64,000 bases of DNA, taken from contig NW_026799997.1 in NCBI RefSeq assembly GCF_032191835.1, forward strand, positions 620,001 through 684,000, written 5' to 3'. The translations under genes were made by a program, and so were the position numbers. The stretch is from Heteronotia binoei. Its lineage: Eukaryota. Shown here piece after piece: positions 27,214-39,199 of this stretch (position 1 is the stretch's first letter; each line of letters begins with the position of its first letter). Below the pieces are notes generated by a model. The model saw only the letters and a program-made list of their open reading frames with translations. It did not search any database and was not told where the DNA came from.

Positions 27214-27414
27214 ATATGAACATATGAAGCTGCCTGAATCAGACCCTTGGTCCATCAAAGTCAGTATTGTCTTCTCAGACTGGCAGCGGCTCTCCAGGGT
27301 CTCAAGCTGAGGATTTCCATGCCTACTTGCCTGGACCCTTTTTGGAGATGCCAGGGATTGAACCTGGGACCTTCTGCTTACCAAGCAGATGCTCTGCCAC
27401 TGAGCCACCGTCCC
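27214..27414 (-). mobile_element. Squam3-like SINE, antisense
   Basis: Reverse complement of 17061-17278; short direct repeat cctctac on both flanks. Confidence 0.85.
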
Positions 27415-28281
27415 TCTACTGATACCGTACAGAGCAGCTGCCAGTCAGAGGAGAGAGAACAAAGGTCTAACTCGGTCTAAGGCAGCTTCATGTATTCAAC
27501 TTCCTTTAACAATAGGCTAACATAATCTCAAGTACAGAAACTCTCCATGTCACAGAGATAAATTTTACCGCACATCAATACCAGCAAGCTGGTATTAAAG
27601 GCATGGGAGCAGAAATTGGTTACAAAAATGACTAACCCTACCTTTCCATTTAAATAGTTTCATTGTACAAATCTATCAAGCTTTCTTTGCTGTATTTGGT
27701 ATAGAGCCATAATCACCATTAGAAGGTAGACACTCCCAGTGGTCTTCAAAAATTGTTCTATATAAACAGCCTCAAATTCATGGCTATGATCTAAAGTTCT
27801 TTAGTGATCTGGTGTGCACAAAGAATTCTATTTAAACTGAGGCTGTTCCATTCTAAAGCCAATGTTTCCACATGTACAACTGTCTGAGGAGCATTCCCTG
27901 ATATCAAGTAGTACTGTAAAGCTTCTGTTCATATGAAACTCCATCTAAGCATCTTTTTCCTATTCTATGGAATGTACACATAGCCTTAAATAGACCACAC
28001 AAGTACAACAAACAGAAGGTCTGAAAATCCTTTAACACTGCACTCCAAATGTAATATTAAATTACAAGGGGAAATTATGAGAATACTTCCTGAAACAAAG
28101 CAGCAACTCACCAGCAATGCTTGCCATCTACTAAAGCTGGAATCCTTTTTTTTTTTTAAAGAAAAAGAAAAGAAAGCAGTATTTAGTCAGTAGAACACCA
28201 TGCTTTTGCATAATGTCATGCATCTCACTCACAATAATTCTTTCTTAATAACGTCTTGGGTACAATTTATTTTCCTCTCAG

Positions 28282-28296
28282 GCTATGAAGGCAAGT
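28282..28296 (+). other. Candidate 15-nt microexon
   Basis: ttattttcctctcag / GCTATGAAGGCAAGT / gtgagt; frame-preserving length. Confidence 0.35.
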
Positions 28297-29254
28297 GTGA
28301 GTGTGGCGTGCTCTGGTTGGAGCTGATAAGCCATCCTATAGAAGCGACACTGCTGGTACAATGAGATTTGTTAGGAAGACAATATCCCATTGGCCTCAAC
28401 AAGCCAGGCTGTATATCAAAGCTATCAAGAATAATATCTGCAAAACAATGCCTTTGTGCACCTGCCAACAGCCACCGAAAGCTCTCTGGTGCTCGTCTGG
28501 AAATGATTTTTTTCCCCTTTCTCACGTCCTCCTTTTTTGTTGCTGTTGTTAGCCTGACACAAACCATTGAAAGGGTACCTAGCCAGATTTGCTTTTAATG
28601 TCTACTAAACCCAGGTGGTTGTTCTGAAAATCCAAATATTTGAATATACACCAGAAATATCACATTAAAAATTATTATAATTAATCTGGGAGCCAAAACA
28701 TCATTCAAACCTCTCCCCGCTCGATAAACTAGTATTACGCTCCTGTGATCTATATCCATCCCGGTGTTTAAAGATGTTTTACACATGTGTGCCAAATAGA
28801 CTGCTAGAATTGTCTTAATAGCTCTAATCCAAATTAACGCTTTTCAGTAGTCAGAAAGAACTTTACATATGCACAATAGCTTCAGTCAATGTTGTTGTAT
28901 GAGATTGAGGCAGATCCTGTACTGGATGCCAATTAATTTGTACAAAGTTACCTGCCCAGAATGAGAAGTGGATCCACTGGATTGTATGCATGTCAGCAGG
29001 GTCATGTGTATGCACATCTTCTCATTCATTCCTCAGTGCTAATTCAAATACTTTCCATATCTGATGTTCTAGTCGCTGTACAGTTTCCTGACATAATAGT
29101 TGGTGCAAAATCCAACAGAAGTCAAGTGATGCCTTCAATACTAACAAAATTTATATTCATATTTCAGGTCCCTTCAACAGAAGCATGGGGTGTATATCCA
29201 TAGAAGATATATCTACATTGCTCATAACTTTAAGTATAAAAATATTTCCTCTGG

Positions 29255-29360
29255 CTGTACACTGCTTCCTGCATCTGATGAAGTCAGCTGACTCATGAAA
29301 GCCAGAATAAATTTTGTTAGTCTTTAAGGAGCCCCTGGATTTCTGTTTGATTTTGCTGCA
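29255..29360 (+). mobile_element. Penelope-type terminal repeat fragment with decayed hammerhead motif
   Basis: ctgatga agtcagctgactcat gaaagc..aataaattttgttagtctttaagg. Confidence 0.6.
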
Positions 29361-29619
29361 TGAAACTTAACATGCATATTTCCGTAGGATAAGTAGATGA
29401 AAGGCCCTGTTACATGTGATCATTTCTAGAGCTAAGACCATTATCTTGAATTTGTTGTTGTTGTTGAATGAACATTTTTAATCTCCTAACTTAACTATTT
29501 GGACATAAATTGGATTTTATTTCCAATTTGGATTTCATTTCCAATTCATTTCATAGTCCACCAAACTTCACTAATCTCTTCCAAAAGCAACAATAAATTC
29601 CCAATGAACTGTAGTGCTC

Positions 29620-30100
29620 CCTGATGTTCCACAGTAAAGCAAAGAAATTATATATTCTGTCTCCTTCCCTCTTTGCTATGGTTATCAACTCCATTCCTGA
29701 AGATCTGGGGATGGAGCCAGGAAAAGGCAAGATTTGGGAGGGGAGAGACTTCAGTCCCATAGAGACTTCGATGTCATATAGTCCATCTGCCAAAGCATCC
29801 ATTTTTTCCAGGCAAGGTTGCCAGCTCCAGGTTAGAAAATACCTGAAGATTTGGGGAATGGGGCCTGAAGAAGGTGGGGTTTAGGGAGGGAGAGACTTCA
29901 GTGGGGGATAATGCCATAGAGCCCATCTCCCAAAGCAGCCATTTTCTCCAGGTAAATCTATTTCTGTCACCTGGAGATCAGCTGTAATAGCAGAAGATCT
30001 CGATCCACCTGTGTTTCTAGGGGAACTGATCTCTAGAGTGTGGGGATCAGTTGTAGTTCCAGGAGGTCTCCAAACCCTACCTAAGGGTGGCAACCATACT
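29620..30100. mobile_element. Adjacent AGGGTTGCC-family MITEs
   Basis: caaggttgccagctccagg at ~29815 and ggtggcaaccata at ~30090; family internal motifs on both sides. Confidence 0.65.
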
Positions 30101-30333
30101 CTTCACTCATATGTGGTTCTCATTATCACCAGGAATAAACCATTTGTACAAATTTTAACATGATTCCTTTGAGGACAGCTGGGTCCTTCTGAAAAGCATA
30201 CAAAAATCCAGTCAGGAATGCTGTTCTGGAATTTGTAATCTGAATTTGTGGCCCAAGAAAGCAATCTCAAATAGGAAGTATAAGACCAGCCTCTCTGCAG
30301 CTGAGGCAGAGTGTCAGTTTCAAGAGCTGCAGC

Positions 30334-30514
30334 CAGGGCTTTTTTTTGTAGCAGAAACTCCTTTGCATATTAGGCCACACACCCTCGATGTAGCCAACCC
30401 CAAGAGCTTACAGGGCTCTTAGTATAGTGCCTAATGTAAGCTCTAGGAGGATTGGCTACATCAGGGGTATGTGGCCTAATATGCAAAGGAGTTCCTGCTA
30501 CAAAAAAAGCCATG
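30334..30514. mobile_element. Fold-back hAT MITE (CAGGGCTTTTT family), almost wholly palindromic
   Basis: Arms cagggctttttttgtagcagaaactcctttgcatattaggccaca.. and their reverse complement. TSD gctgcagc/gctgcacc. Confidence 0.85.
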
Positions 30515-30879
30515 GCTGCACCTTAGATTCCTTGTACTCCTTGCAAGGCAGAACGTCCTCTGAACATTGTGCTTGATTCCTAGCCTTTTTCGGTTCCTCC
30601 TTAGTCTCTTTTGCATTTCCTGAAAGTGACAGCATAATCTCTCCTCCTCTTCAATGGACTTGAGATCTGGTCCACGTCCAGTATTCTAACCATCACTCTG
30701 TGGTGATCATGGACTGAAATGAAAGTCAATGCAAGCTTTTTTCTCTCCATGGTTGCTGCATGTTGAAATCATCATTCAAGGAGGCCCTCAGGGAATACTT
30801 TTTTAGTCCAGCCATTGTCCCAGTCCTCAAGACTGCTTTTTCTACACAAAGGAATTTGAGACGCAGTTTGGGAATTGAT

Positions 30880-30881
<2 letters not shown>

Positions 30882-30912
<31 letters not shown>
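30882..30912. repeat. (AAT)n, tail of an antisense L2-type end
   Basis: Followed by tttatatcccaccctccc..ggctcaag (reverse-complement L2 tail). Confidence 0.85.
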
Positions 30913-30915
<3 letters not shown>

Positions 30916-31824
30916 TTATTTTTATATCCCACCCTCCCCCACCAAGGCAGGCTCAAGCTGCTGATAGAAAATTGTTTTTTTTTTAAAAAAAAATGTGTTA
31001 AGACTCACCTGGATCCCACTCACCACAAGTATTTAAAATGAGAGCATCAACATAATTTCACTGAGATATTCAGTGAAATTCAGACACTGATGCTGAACAA
31101 GAAATAACCAGGTTATTTCTATCTTCAGATGCCTAAAATTATGAAAAATAGGAGGGAAAGATTAACTATGCACAAAAGAAAAGCTTTAATGCCACTTACT
31201 AATTAAGCTTTACCAACAGTATTATTGTATCTTGCATATATTCAAAGTAAATCTGAAATATATTAGCTTCCATAGGCATTCTTACAAATTATATCATAGT
31301 AAGGTTTTTCCCCCCTACATTCTGCAAAACAAAGTTAAATGATAATTGTGGAAAATAAGCTGCCAGTTATATCTTGCAATAGATTTATTCAATAATACCA
31401 TGTAATGTTGCCATCTCAGCTCTTCTTAATGTCGATGTCTGCTCTTCTCTTGAAGCAGAATCAATGTGCATTGTTTTCTAAATGTGATATTCATGTTTCC
31501 TCCAATATGGACTGCTAGAATGAGATTGGAAAATGGGGTCAACATCAAATGATTCATGTATTAAATTTTCTTTGCTCCCAAGCCCAGCCTCTGTAAGGTG
31601 GAGTCTCTAAGAAAAGTAATGCCTTTTAAGAAAGAGATAAAATGCATTTAGAAATATGTGTACAGGTAATCATATTAAAGTGGCATTTGGAAGGAATATA
31701 AAATCAAAAGCAGTCTAAGAAGGGAGCATGATGGTCTTAAAATTGTTGTTTCTGCTGGTTATGGTCTTAAAATTGGTCAGATGATCTTTAAATTGTTTCT
31801 GCTGGTTATGGCATGAGCAAAAGA

Positions 31825-32087
31825 TATAGTGATAGCTACAGGAATAAACAGTTTTAAAATGGGATTAGATAGATTAATGGAGGATAGGTCTATCAGTGAC
31901 TACTAGTCATGGTGTCTGAGGGGAACTTCCACATTCAGAGACACTAAACCTCTGAATCCTAGAGCCAGGGGAAGGTCTCAGCCTCTATGCCCCACTGTTG
32001 GCCCTCCAGAGGAACTGGTTGACCAATGTGTGTGACTGGATGCTGGACTAGGTGGACCACTGGTCTGTTCCAGCAGGGTCTTCTTAC
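31825..32087 (+). mobile_element. CR1 LINE 3' end, older subfamily
   Basis: tttaaaatgggattagatagattaatggag..ggactaggtggaccactggtctgttccagcagggtcttctta. Confidence 0.75.
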
Positions 32088-32854
32088 GCCTGAGTAACCC
32101 CCACCACACCACCCCCATCTCATGAGAGTTGGAGAAACCAGAGCATACTCCAGCCCCTTCTCTCATGATAAATTTGAACAATCAATCTAAGGTGGGCCTG
32201 TACAACTTTCCCTATATTTTAACTATTGTTTATCTGTGCCTTCACATATGTAATTTAGTATTGATTTCAATTGCTTAAATGGTGTATTTTTGTAATGTTT
32301 ATTTTAAATGTTTGCTGCATTGGTAGTCCTGATGGAATGGAAAGTCAGGGTATAAATTTCATAACAAAATAAATTAATAAACTTGTGACACCCCACCCCC
32401 CACCCCCAATATTATGATGACAGTCTAGGCTTGCCAATCCCCAGGTCCCAGTGGGGATTCCCCTGCTTTCACAGGCTCCTTCCCGCTCCCAGCCAGCTGG
32501 CCAGTGGGGGAGGAAGCCCCACCCCAACAACCTCCATGTGCCTTCAAACCTTGAAGGCTTAAGAAGATCCTGGGAACAGCTATTTTCCAAGCAAGGTGCT
32601 CTGTGCCTTTGAATCTTAGACCAGGCTGGTGGCAGGGCAACCTGCTGAACAATGTGCCTGGTGGAAGGGAAGGAGTCCAGAAACTGTGTTGGTTTTATAA
32701 TCGTCTCAGAGGCCATTTGCACAGGAAAGGGTAAACTAGAACCTTTAGTTTCCTTGTGTTATTCTTTAGAACTTGGAACTTCAGCAACTCATGAGTAAAT
32801 TGTCCTAGTGAGACCACATAAGTGTGGGATTGCAAACTGTTTATTTTGGCTGCT

Positions 32855-32870
32855 CTGTGTGTGTGCGTGC

Positions 32871-32906
<36 letters not shown>

Positions 32907-32910
32907 GGGA
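32855..32910. repeat. (GT)n(GA)n compound microsatellite
   Basis: Direct reading. Confidence 0.9.
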
Positions 32911-33078
32911 GGGAGAGTGGGTGGGTGGGAGGAGGTGCAGGTGGTAGGGTGAGGAAATGAAGACTATATTCAGGGGAACTGCACTGCTGGGTTTTTTACT
33001 TATTTTAGGGAATGTGAAAGTCTCCTGGCTCCGCCCCTGAAGTGGGGGGAGGGCCTCCAAACCAGGGAATCCCCTGGC

Positions 33079-34001
33079 CCCTCTTGGGGACTGTGCAACC
33101 AAACAGAGAACCAACCAAAGAATCAGATTGTGCAACCAGAGAGTGACTGGAGAAAAACCGAAGTTTCTGTGATAACCAGCCTCCAAAATAAATCCGTAAC
33201 AAGACCTGTAAACTAGTCACTTAGATGCTCTGAATTAATTATTAAAGCTAGTCAAAGCTAAAAGTGAAATGAGAGAATATAAGTACAACCTCGTAGCTGC
33301 TCTGTGGTGCTGAGTTGTGAAGAATTGTTTTGGAACTGGGATATCACCTGGATTCCTCAAGAGATACACTGGACCGAGGATTGCTATGAAAGTGAAGGAC
33401 TGTGTGCTGTTGAATGGACATTTATTTGGACTTTAAATCACCAGACTTCGGTCCTTGCATCGTACAATTGTACTGTGTTCCAAATGTCAGGGTATGTTTT
33501 TAAGAGTGTTATGTATGAGAGTATATGAATATATTGCAATTTTTTTTCCTATTGATTGTAACTGATTTATTTTGGAGGCTGGTTATCATGGAAACTGTAA
33601 TGCACTGGGGTCGGCGCAGTAAGAGACCAGAGTCGGAGAGTGATTTCAGCAAGCTTTACTTCAGGAACACACACACAACACACTGAGCTCTGTTCAAACT
33701 TCCCGCTCCTTTATACAATTCTTGCCCCCTTCTGATTGGTCCTTAACTATCTACATGGATTGGCTATTTACAGGGCCCTAAGGGCCTATCAGGGTACAGT
33801 ATGAGCCTGGATGTTGATTGGCTACTTATGTTTCAATCCTTCCCCTGATTGGGCACGCTTAGGCCTTCTCTGGAACCCTGGTGTGGAGTTCAAGCTCTGG
33901 CTTGTTCGGCTTCCCTCCAAAAGTAACAGTTCCCTCCAAAAGTAACAGTTTTCCCATTTGAACCTAGGACACAACAGAAACTTCAGTTTTTCTCCAGTCA
34001 C
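33079..34001. mobile_element. Unclassified insertion with ~60-bp inverted repeats (33143-33202 vs 33556-33595 plus 33977-34001)
   Basis: gtgactggagaaaaaccgaagtttctgtgataaccagcctccaaaataaatc matches the reverse complement of the right arm once the LTR is removed. Flanks rejoin a hAT MITE end. Confidence 0.7.
33596..33976 (-). mobile_element. Solo LTR (381 bp)
   Basis: tgtaa..caaca termini; 5-bp TSD gaaac. Minus-strand agtaaa, tataaa and several ccaat motifs. Confidence 0.85.
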
Positions 34002-34024
34002 CCACCTGGGGATTGGCAGCCCTA

Positions 34025-34520
34025 GTCCCATGCCATGCAAGGCTTTAAAGCTTAGTACCAAAATCTTGAACTAGATCTGGTACTCAATTGTACTCAAAAT
34101 CTTGAACTAGATCTGGTACTCAATTGGTGCATTCTGCACCAGCTGGAGTTTCTGGATCAGTTGCAAGTGCAAGCCTGCATAGAGTGAATTACAGTAGTCA
34201 AGTCTGGAAGTGACCATTGCATGGGTTGCTTTAACCAAGTCCTGAGGGGAGAGGTAAGGTGCCAGCTGTTTAACCTGCCAAAGACAATAAAAGGCAGATT
34301 TGGCCACCACGGTGACCTGGGCTCCCATGGAGAATAAGGCATTCAAGACCACCCCCAGGCTTCTCACCTTCTGGGTAGGTACAAGCACTGCACCCTCCAG
34401 TGTGGGTAGCCTGATTCCTGATCCAACTTCCCCCTGACTCAGGTACAAACCCTCTGCCTTAACTGGATTAAGCTTCAACTGGCTCTGCTGCAGCCATCCA
34501 GGCACAGCCTCCAAAGCTTA
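34025..34520 (-). mobile_element. L2 LINE RT C-terminal fragment
   Basis: ORF 34107-34514 with LKLNPVKAE, VTSRLDYCNSLY and LQLVQNA; homologous to the 57761 ORF. Confidence 0.88.
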
Positions 34521-35949
34521 GAACAGCCACCAAGAAACTTGTAATTATCATTTTAGGTCCCAATTGAGCAAAAGGGAGTTCACCCATCATTAATAATAGC
34601 ATTTCTTAACTTTTGGTTTGACCACTTCAGACATTCCCTTTTATTTAATATTCTCTTAAAGAGAAGGAACTGTGTGTCTCTGTTTGGGCTACTGTAAGTC
34701 TATTTGATCAGTGCTTTTTAAAAAGAGAAATCCCACCAGGAGTTAATTTGCATATTAGCCACACACCCTGGCCTGGGAGCATGTGGCTGCCACATGGCGG
34801 ATCGGACCAGCCGGAGGCCTGGCCAGCCCAGGCAGAGCTCTGCTACTGTGGGCTCTGGAAGAAAAAAACTTCACTGTGTTTTGCTTTACTGTTTGAGGGA
34901 TCCATACGAGCTCCTTATCCATACATGGAAGGATTGACCAAAAGACTCATAAATCAGTCGCAATAATATCTTTTTGTTGCATTTAAAGGTGGACTGTTAC
35001 AATGCAAAATTGCAATGCTTATTTGGATAGCTTTGACATTCTGAAAAGTTCCATTCTTCTGAGTAAATGTTTCTTTCCGGCTTTCTTTTTTGTTCTCATT
35101 CATCTTCTTTCAATGGGAAAGGGGCAGAAGTTAGAATTCTCTTCAAATAAAAAGTAGCTGGTTCTGCTGGAACAGTCATAGATTCCACTAACCCTTTTCT
35201 GTTCCCAGGCTTTTAGCCCTGTGCTTCTATTTCCACCTTTCCTCCCACCCTTTGAGATAAGATGAAAAGCATTAAATTTTACCAAGTTTCTGACCTTTTG
35301 AAGTACTGTCAGCTAGAACAGTTTAAAAAAAAATGTGGACGTTGTTCTGAATGATCCTCCATGAGTTTCAGAAAAGTAAGTAAATCCATAAAGAGGAAAA
35401 CTGAGACTCTTTACATTTAATTTCTGAGTTCTATAATGCAGTAGTAATATGGAGATGGAGACATGGAGAAACTTTGTGCGTGCATCTGAACCTTCTGCAT
35501 CTGAATCTTGTAAGAGGAATGTGGAGGCTGAAAAGCTTTTTAAGTTCATAACCATATGTTTGGGGTTGCCAGGTCTGTGTTGGAAAATATCTGGACACTT
35601 TGGGGGTGGGTCTGGGAGAGAGTGAGTTTGGGGAGGGAAGGGGAGGGGCCTCAGCATGGTTTAATGCCATAGAGTCCACCCTTCAAAGCAGCCATTTTCT
35701 GCAGGGGAGCTGTTCTCTACCAGTTGAAGATCAGTTGTAAAAGTGGGAGATCTCGAGGTCCCACGTGGAGACTGACAACTCTACTTGGGGAAATGGGTGT
35801 GCTCTAATCAGTGAAACTTCCAAGAAAACCTTCTTAGGAGTAACGCCCAGACACCTACTTATTTGGATTTTTGCTATGAATGAGATTTTTCTGTGGCTGC
35901 TAGTCATTCCTCGAGCATTATGGGCCAGCTTAAAAATGTCCAAATTGGC

Positions 35950-36325
35950 AACTTGAGCGGTCTGGGACCAATGTATCTATGGGACCGCCTACTCCACTAT
36001 GTCCCTGGAAGGGCATTGAGCTCCAGTAGTAGAAATCTGCTGGTGATCCCTGGCCCGAAAGAGGTTCAGCTGTCCTCAACAAGGGCCAGGGCTTGCCAGA
36101 AGACATCAGGGCCCTGCTGGATCTTTTACAGTTTCGCAAGCCTGTAAGGCAGAGATGTTCCACCAAGCCTTTGCATGAGGACAGCGAAGGTTGCCATCTT
36201 GGCACCTTTTCCTCTCCACTCCCTCTTGGGGGGATCCCCCCAACCCCTGATGTGATCCAATAACTGAATACAACCACTTTAAAGATGCCATCAGGCTTTG
36301 TAATTTTTAATGTAATTGATTTTAT
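35950..36325 (+). mobile_element. L2 LINE 3' fragment
   Basis: Peptide GLGPMYLWDRLLHY..LLVIPGPKEVQLSSTRARA matches the C-terminus of the 57761 ORF. Confidence 0.8.
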
Positions 36326-36326
36326 A

Positions 36327-38630
36327 TTGTTGTTGTTCAGTCGCACAGTCGAGTCCGACTCTTTGTGACCCCATGGACAAAGTCATGCCAGACCCTCCTG
36401 TCTTCCACCATCCTCCGAAGTCTGCTCAAATTCGTGTTTGTTACATCAGTAACACTATCCAGCCATCTCATCTTTTGCCATCCCCTTTTTCTTTTGCCTT
36501 CTGTCTTTCCCAGCATCATGATCTTTTCCAGTGAGTGCTCCCTTCTCATTTGGTGGCCAAAGTATTTGAGCTTCAGCTTCAGCATCTGACCTTCCAGGGA
36601 ACAGTCTGGGTTGATTTGATCTTCTTGCAGTCCAAAGGACTCTCAAGATTCCTCTCCAGCACCACATCTCAAAAGCATCTATTCTGCGCTCAGCCTTCCT
36701 TATGGTCCAATTCTCACAGCCATACATTACTACTGGGAATACCATCACTTTGACTATATGGACTTTTGTTGGCAGGGTGATGTCTCTACTTTTTATTATA
36801 CTGCCCAGGTTCTCTGTAGCTGTCCTCCCAAGGAGCAGATGTCTTTAGTCTGTCACTACTTCCATGTCTTCCCCTTCTATTTGCCATGGTATGATGGGGC
36901 CGGATGCCATGATCTTAGTTTTTTTTATGTTGAGTTTCAAGCCTACTTTTGTGCTCTCCTCTTTCACCTTCAACAAGAGGTTCTTTAGGTCCTCCTCACT
37001 TTCTGCCATCAGAGTAGTATCATCTGCATATCTGAGATTGTTGATGTTTTCCCCGTCAATCTTAATTCCTGCTTCTGCTTCATCCAGGCCAGCATTCCAC
37101 ATGATGTACTCTGCATATAAATTAAAGAAGCAGGGTGACAATATACATCCTTGTCGAACTCCTTTTCCTATTCTAAACCAATCAGTTGTTCCATATCCCA
37201 TTCTGACCGTTGCTTCTTGACCTTTATACAGGTTTCTCAGGAGACATGTGAGGTACTCCCATCTCTTTAAGGACTTGCCACAGTTTGTTGTGATCCACAC
37301 AATCAAAGACTTTAGCATTGTCAATGAAACAGAAATAGACGTTTTTCTGATACTCCCATGCTTTCTCCATAATCCAGCGAATGTTGGCCATTTGATCTCT
37401 AGTTCCTCTACCTCTCCAAAACCCAGCTTGAACTTCTGATAGTTCCTGATCTACATACTGCTGAAGCCTAGCTTGTAGGATCTTTAACATGACCTTGCTG
37501 GCATGTGAAATGAGTGCAATGTTGCAATAGTTTGAAAATTCCTTGGCATTACGCTTCTTTGGGACTGGGATATAAACTGACCTTTTCCAATCCTGTGGCC
37601 TTTGCCCGGCTTCATTTTGTTCTCCAAGACCAAACTTGTCAGTTGTTCCAGTTACCTTTTGACTTCCTACTTTGGCATTCCAGTCCCCTATGATGAGGAG
37701 GACATCTTTTTTTGATGTTAATTCTATAAGGTGTTGTAGATCTTCACAGAACTGGTCCACTTCAGCCTCTTCTGCATCAGTGGTTGGGGCATAGACTTGG
37801 ATTACTGTGATATTGAATGGTTTGCCTTGGATATGGACTGAGATCATTCTATCATTTTTGAGATTGTATCCCATTACTGCCTTCTCACTCTCTTGTTAGG
37901 GCAGCTGCTGTGAGAGCCCTCTCCAGCCCCACCCACTTCACAGGGTGTCTGTTGTGGGGGATGAAGGTAAAGGAGATTGTGAGCCGCTCTGAGACTCTTC
38001 AGAGTGGAGGGTGGGGTATAAATCCAATATCTTCTTCTTCTTAACTATAGAGGCCACACCATTTCTTCTACTGGACTCTTGCCCACAATAATAGATGTAG
38101 TGATCCTCTGAGTTAAATTCACCCATTCCCATCCATTTCAGTTCACTAATTCCCAAGATGTCAATGTTCAGTCTTGCCATCTCTTGTTTGACTGCATCCA
38201 GCTTACCTTGATTCATAGATCTCACATTCTATGTTCCAATGCAGTATTGTTCTTTGCAGCATCAGACTGTTCTTTCACCATCAGACACATCCACAACTGA
38301 GCATCCTTTCAGCTTTGGCCTAGCCGCTTCACTCTTTCTGTGGTTACTTGGACTTGCCCTCCGCTCTTCCCCAGTAGCATATTGGGCACCTTCAGACCTG
38401 AGGGGCTCATCTCCAGTTCCATATCTTTTAGCCTTTTGTTACTGTCCATGGGGTTTTCTTGGCAAGGATACTGGAGTGGTTTGCCATTTCCTTCTCCAGT
38501 GGATCACATTTTGTCTGGGTTCTCAGCGGTGGCCTGTCCATCTTGGGTTGCCCTGCATGGCATAGCCCACAGCCTCACTGAACGGCGCAAGCCCTCTCGC
38601 CAGGTCAAGGCAGCAATCCATGAGAGGGTG
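36327..38630 (-). mobile_element. RTE-BovB LINE with internal deletions, interrupted by a SINE
   Basis: Endonuclease (NIDILGISELKW, QVYAPTT, IGDWNAKVG) and RT (GVRQGCILSP, LRYADDT) pieces. (CAA)n tail at 36327; BovB-type 5' region to ~38630. Confidence 0.95.
37899..38042 (+). mobile_element. 5'-truncated L2-tailed SINE inserted in BovB
   Basis: Matches the 3' half of 10537-10860. Removing it rejoins the BovB endonuclease reading (RNGVASIV-NKRVR..MGYNLKNDR). Confidence 0.9.
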
Positions 38631-38833
38631 ATATATATATATATATCTTCATACAATGCAAAGAAGCTTCACTAATGATGAGTTAGATTGTTATTTCATG
38701 ATTGTTGTAGTTTTTGCTTTGTCACAAGGGTATGGAAGAGCATAGCACAAATAGTGTAAGGAGGCTATTGTGAGGAATAGAGAGAGGACTAATCAAAGGC
38801 ATCTGCCAGACCAAAGTGGTAGTAAAATTAAGT

Positions 38834-39035
38834 CAACTACAGATTCAGGTGGGTAGCCATGTTGGTCTGAAGCAATAGGACAAAGTTTGGGTCAAGTGGC
38901 ACCTTTAAGACCAACAAAGTGCAATTCTGCATATAAGCTTTTGTGTACATGACTGTGTGCATGCTCAGGAAACCCAGAGTTACACTTTGTTGGTCTTAAA
39001 CGTGCCACTGGACCCATACTTCATTCTAACTAAAC
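38834..39035. mobile_element. Inverted pair of Penelope-type ends
   Basis: 33-bp arm gggtcaagtggcacctttaagaccaacaaagtg (38889-38921) inverted at 38983-39015. Confidence 0.65.
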
Positions 39036-39199
39036 TACATTTTAGGGCCTCAGATTATAAGGAGCCTCTAAATACAAAACATCTACTAAATTACTATTTT
39101 TCATAATTCTGTTGGTCCTCTTAAACTTGACATGGCTGAGGGCCTCACCATGTCTTAAATCTGGACCTGATGCTAGGATATATGTGGATGACTCTGGGC

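Noticed and set aside
26900-31030. Strong minus-strand donor-like sites (acttacct ~26918, actcacct ~31003)
   Set aside because: Embedded in motifs that look like short squamate repeats, with no adjoining open exon.
31715-34125. Short tandem duplications (31715-31810, 33913-33950, 34060-34125) as a CRISPR-like or satellite array
   Set aside because: Only two or three imperfect units with no spacers; ordinary slippage duplications in a eukaryotic genome.
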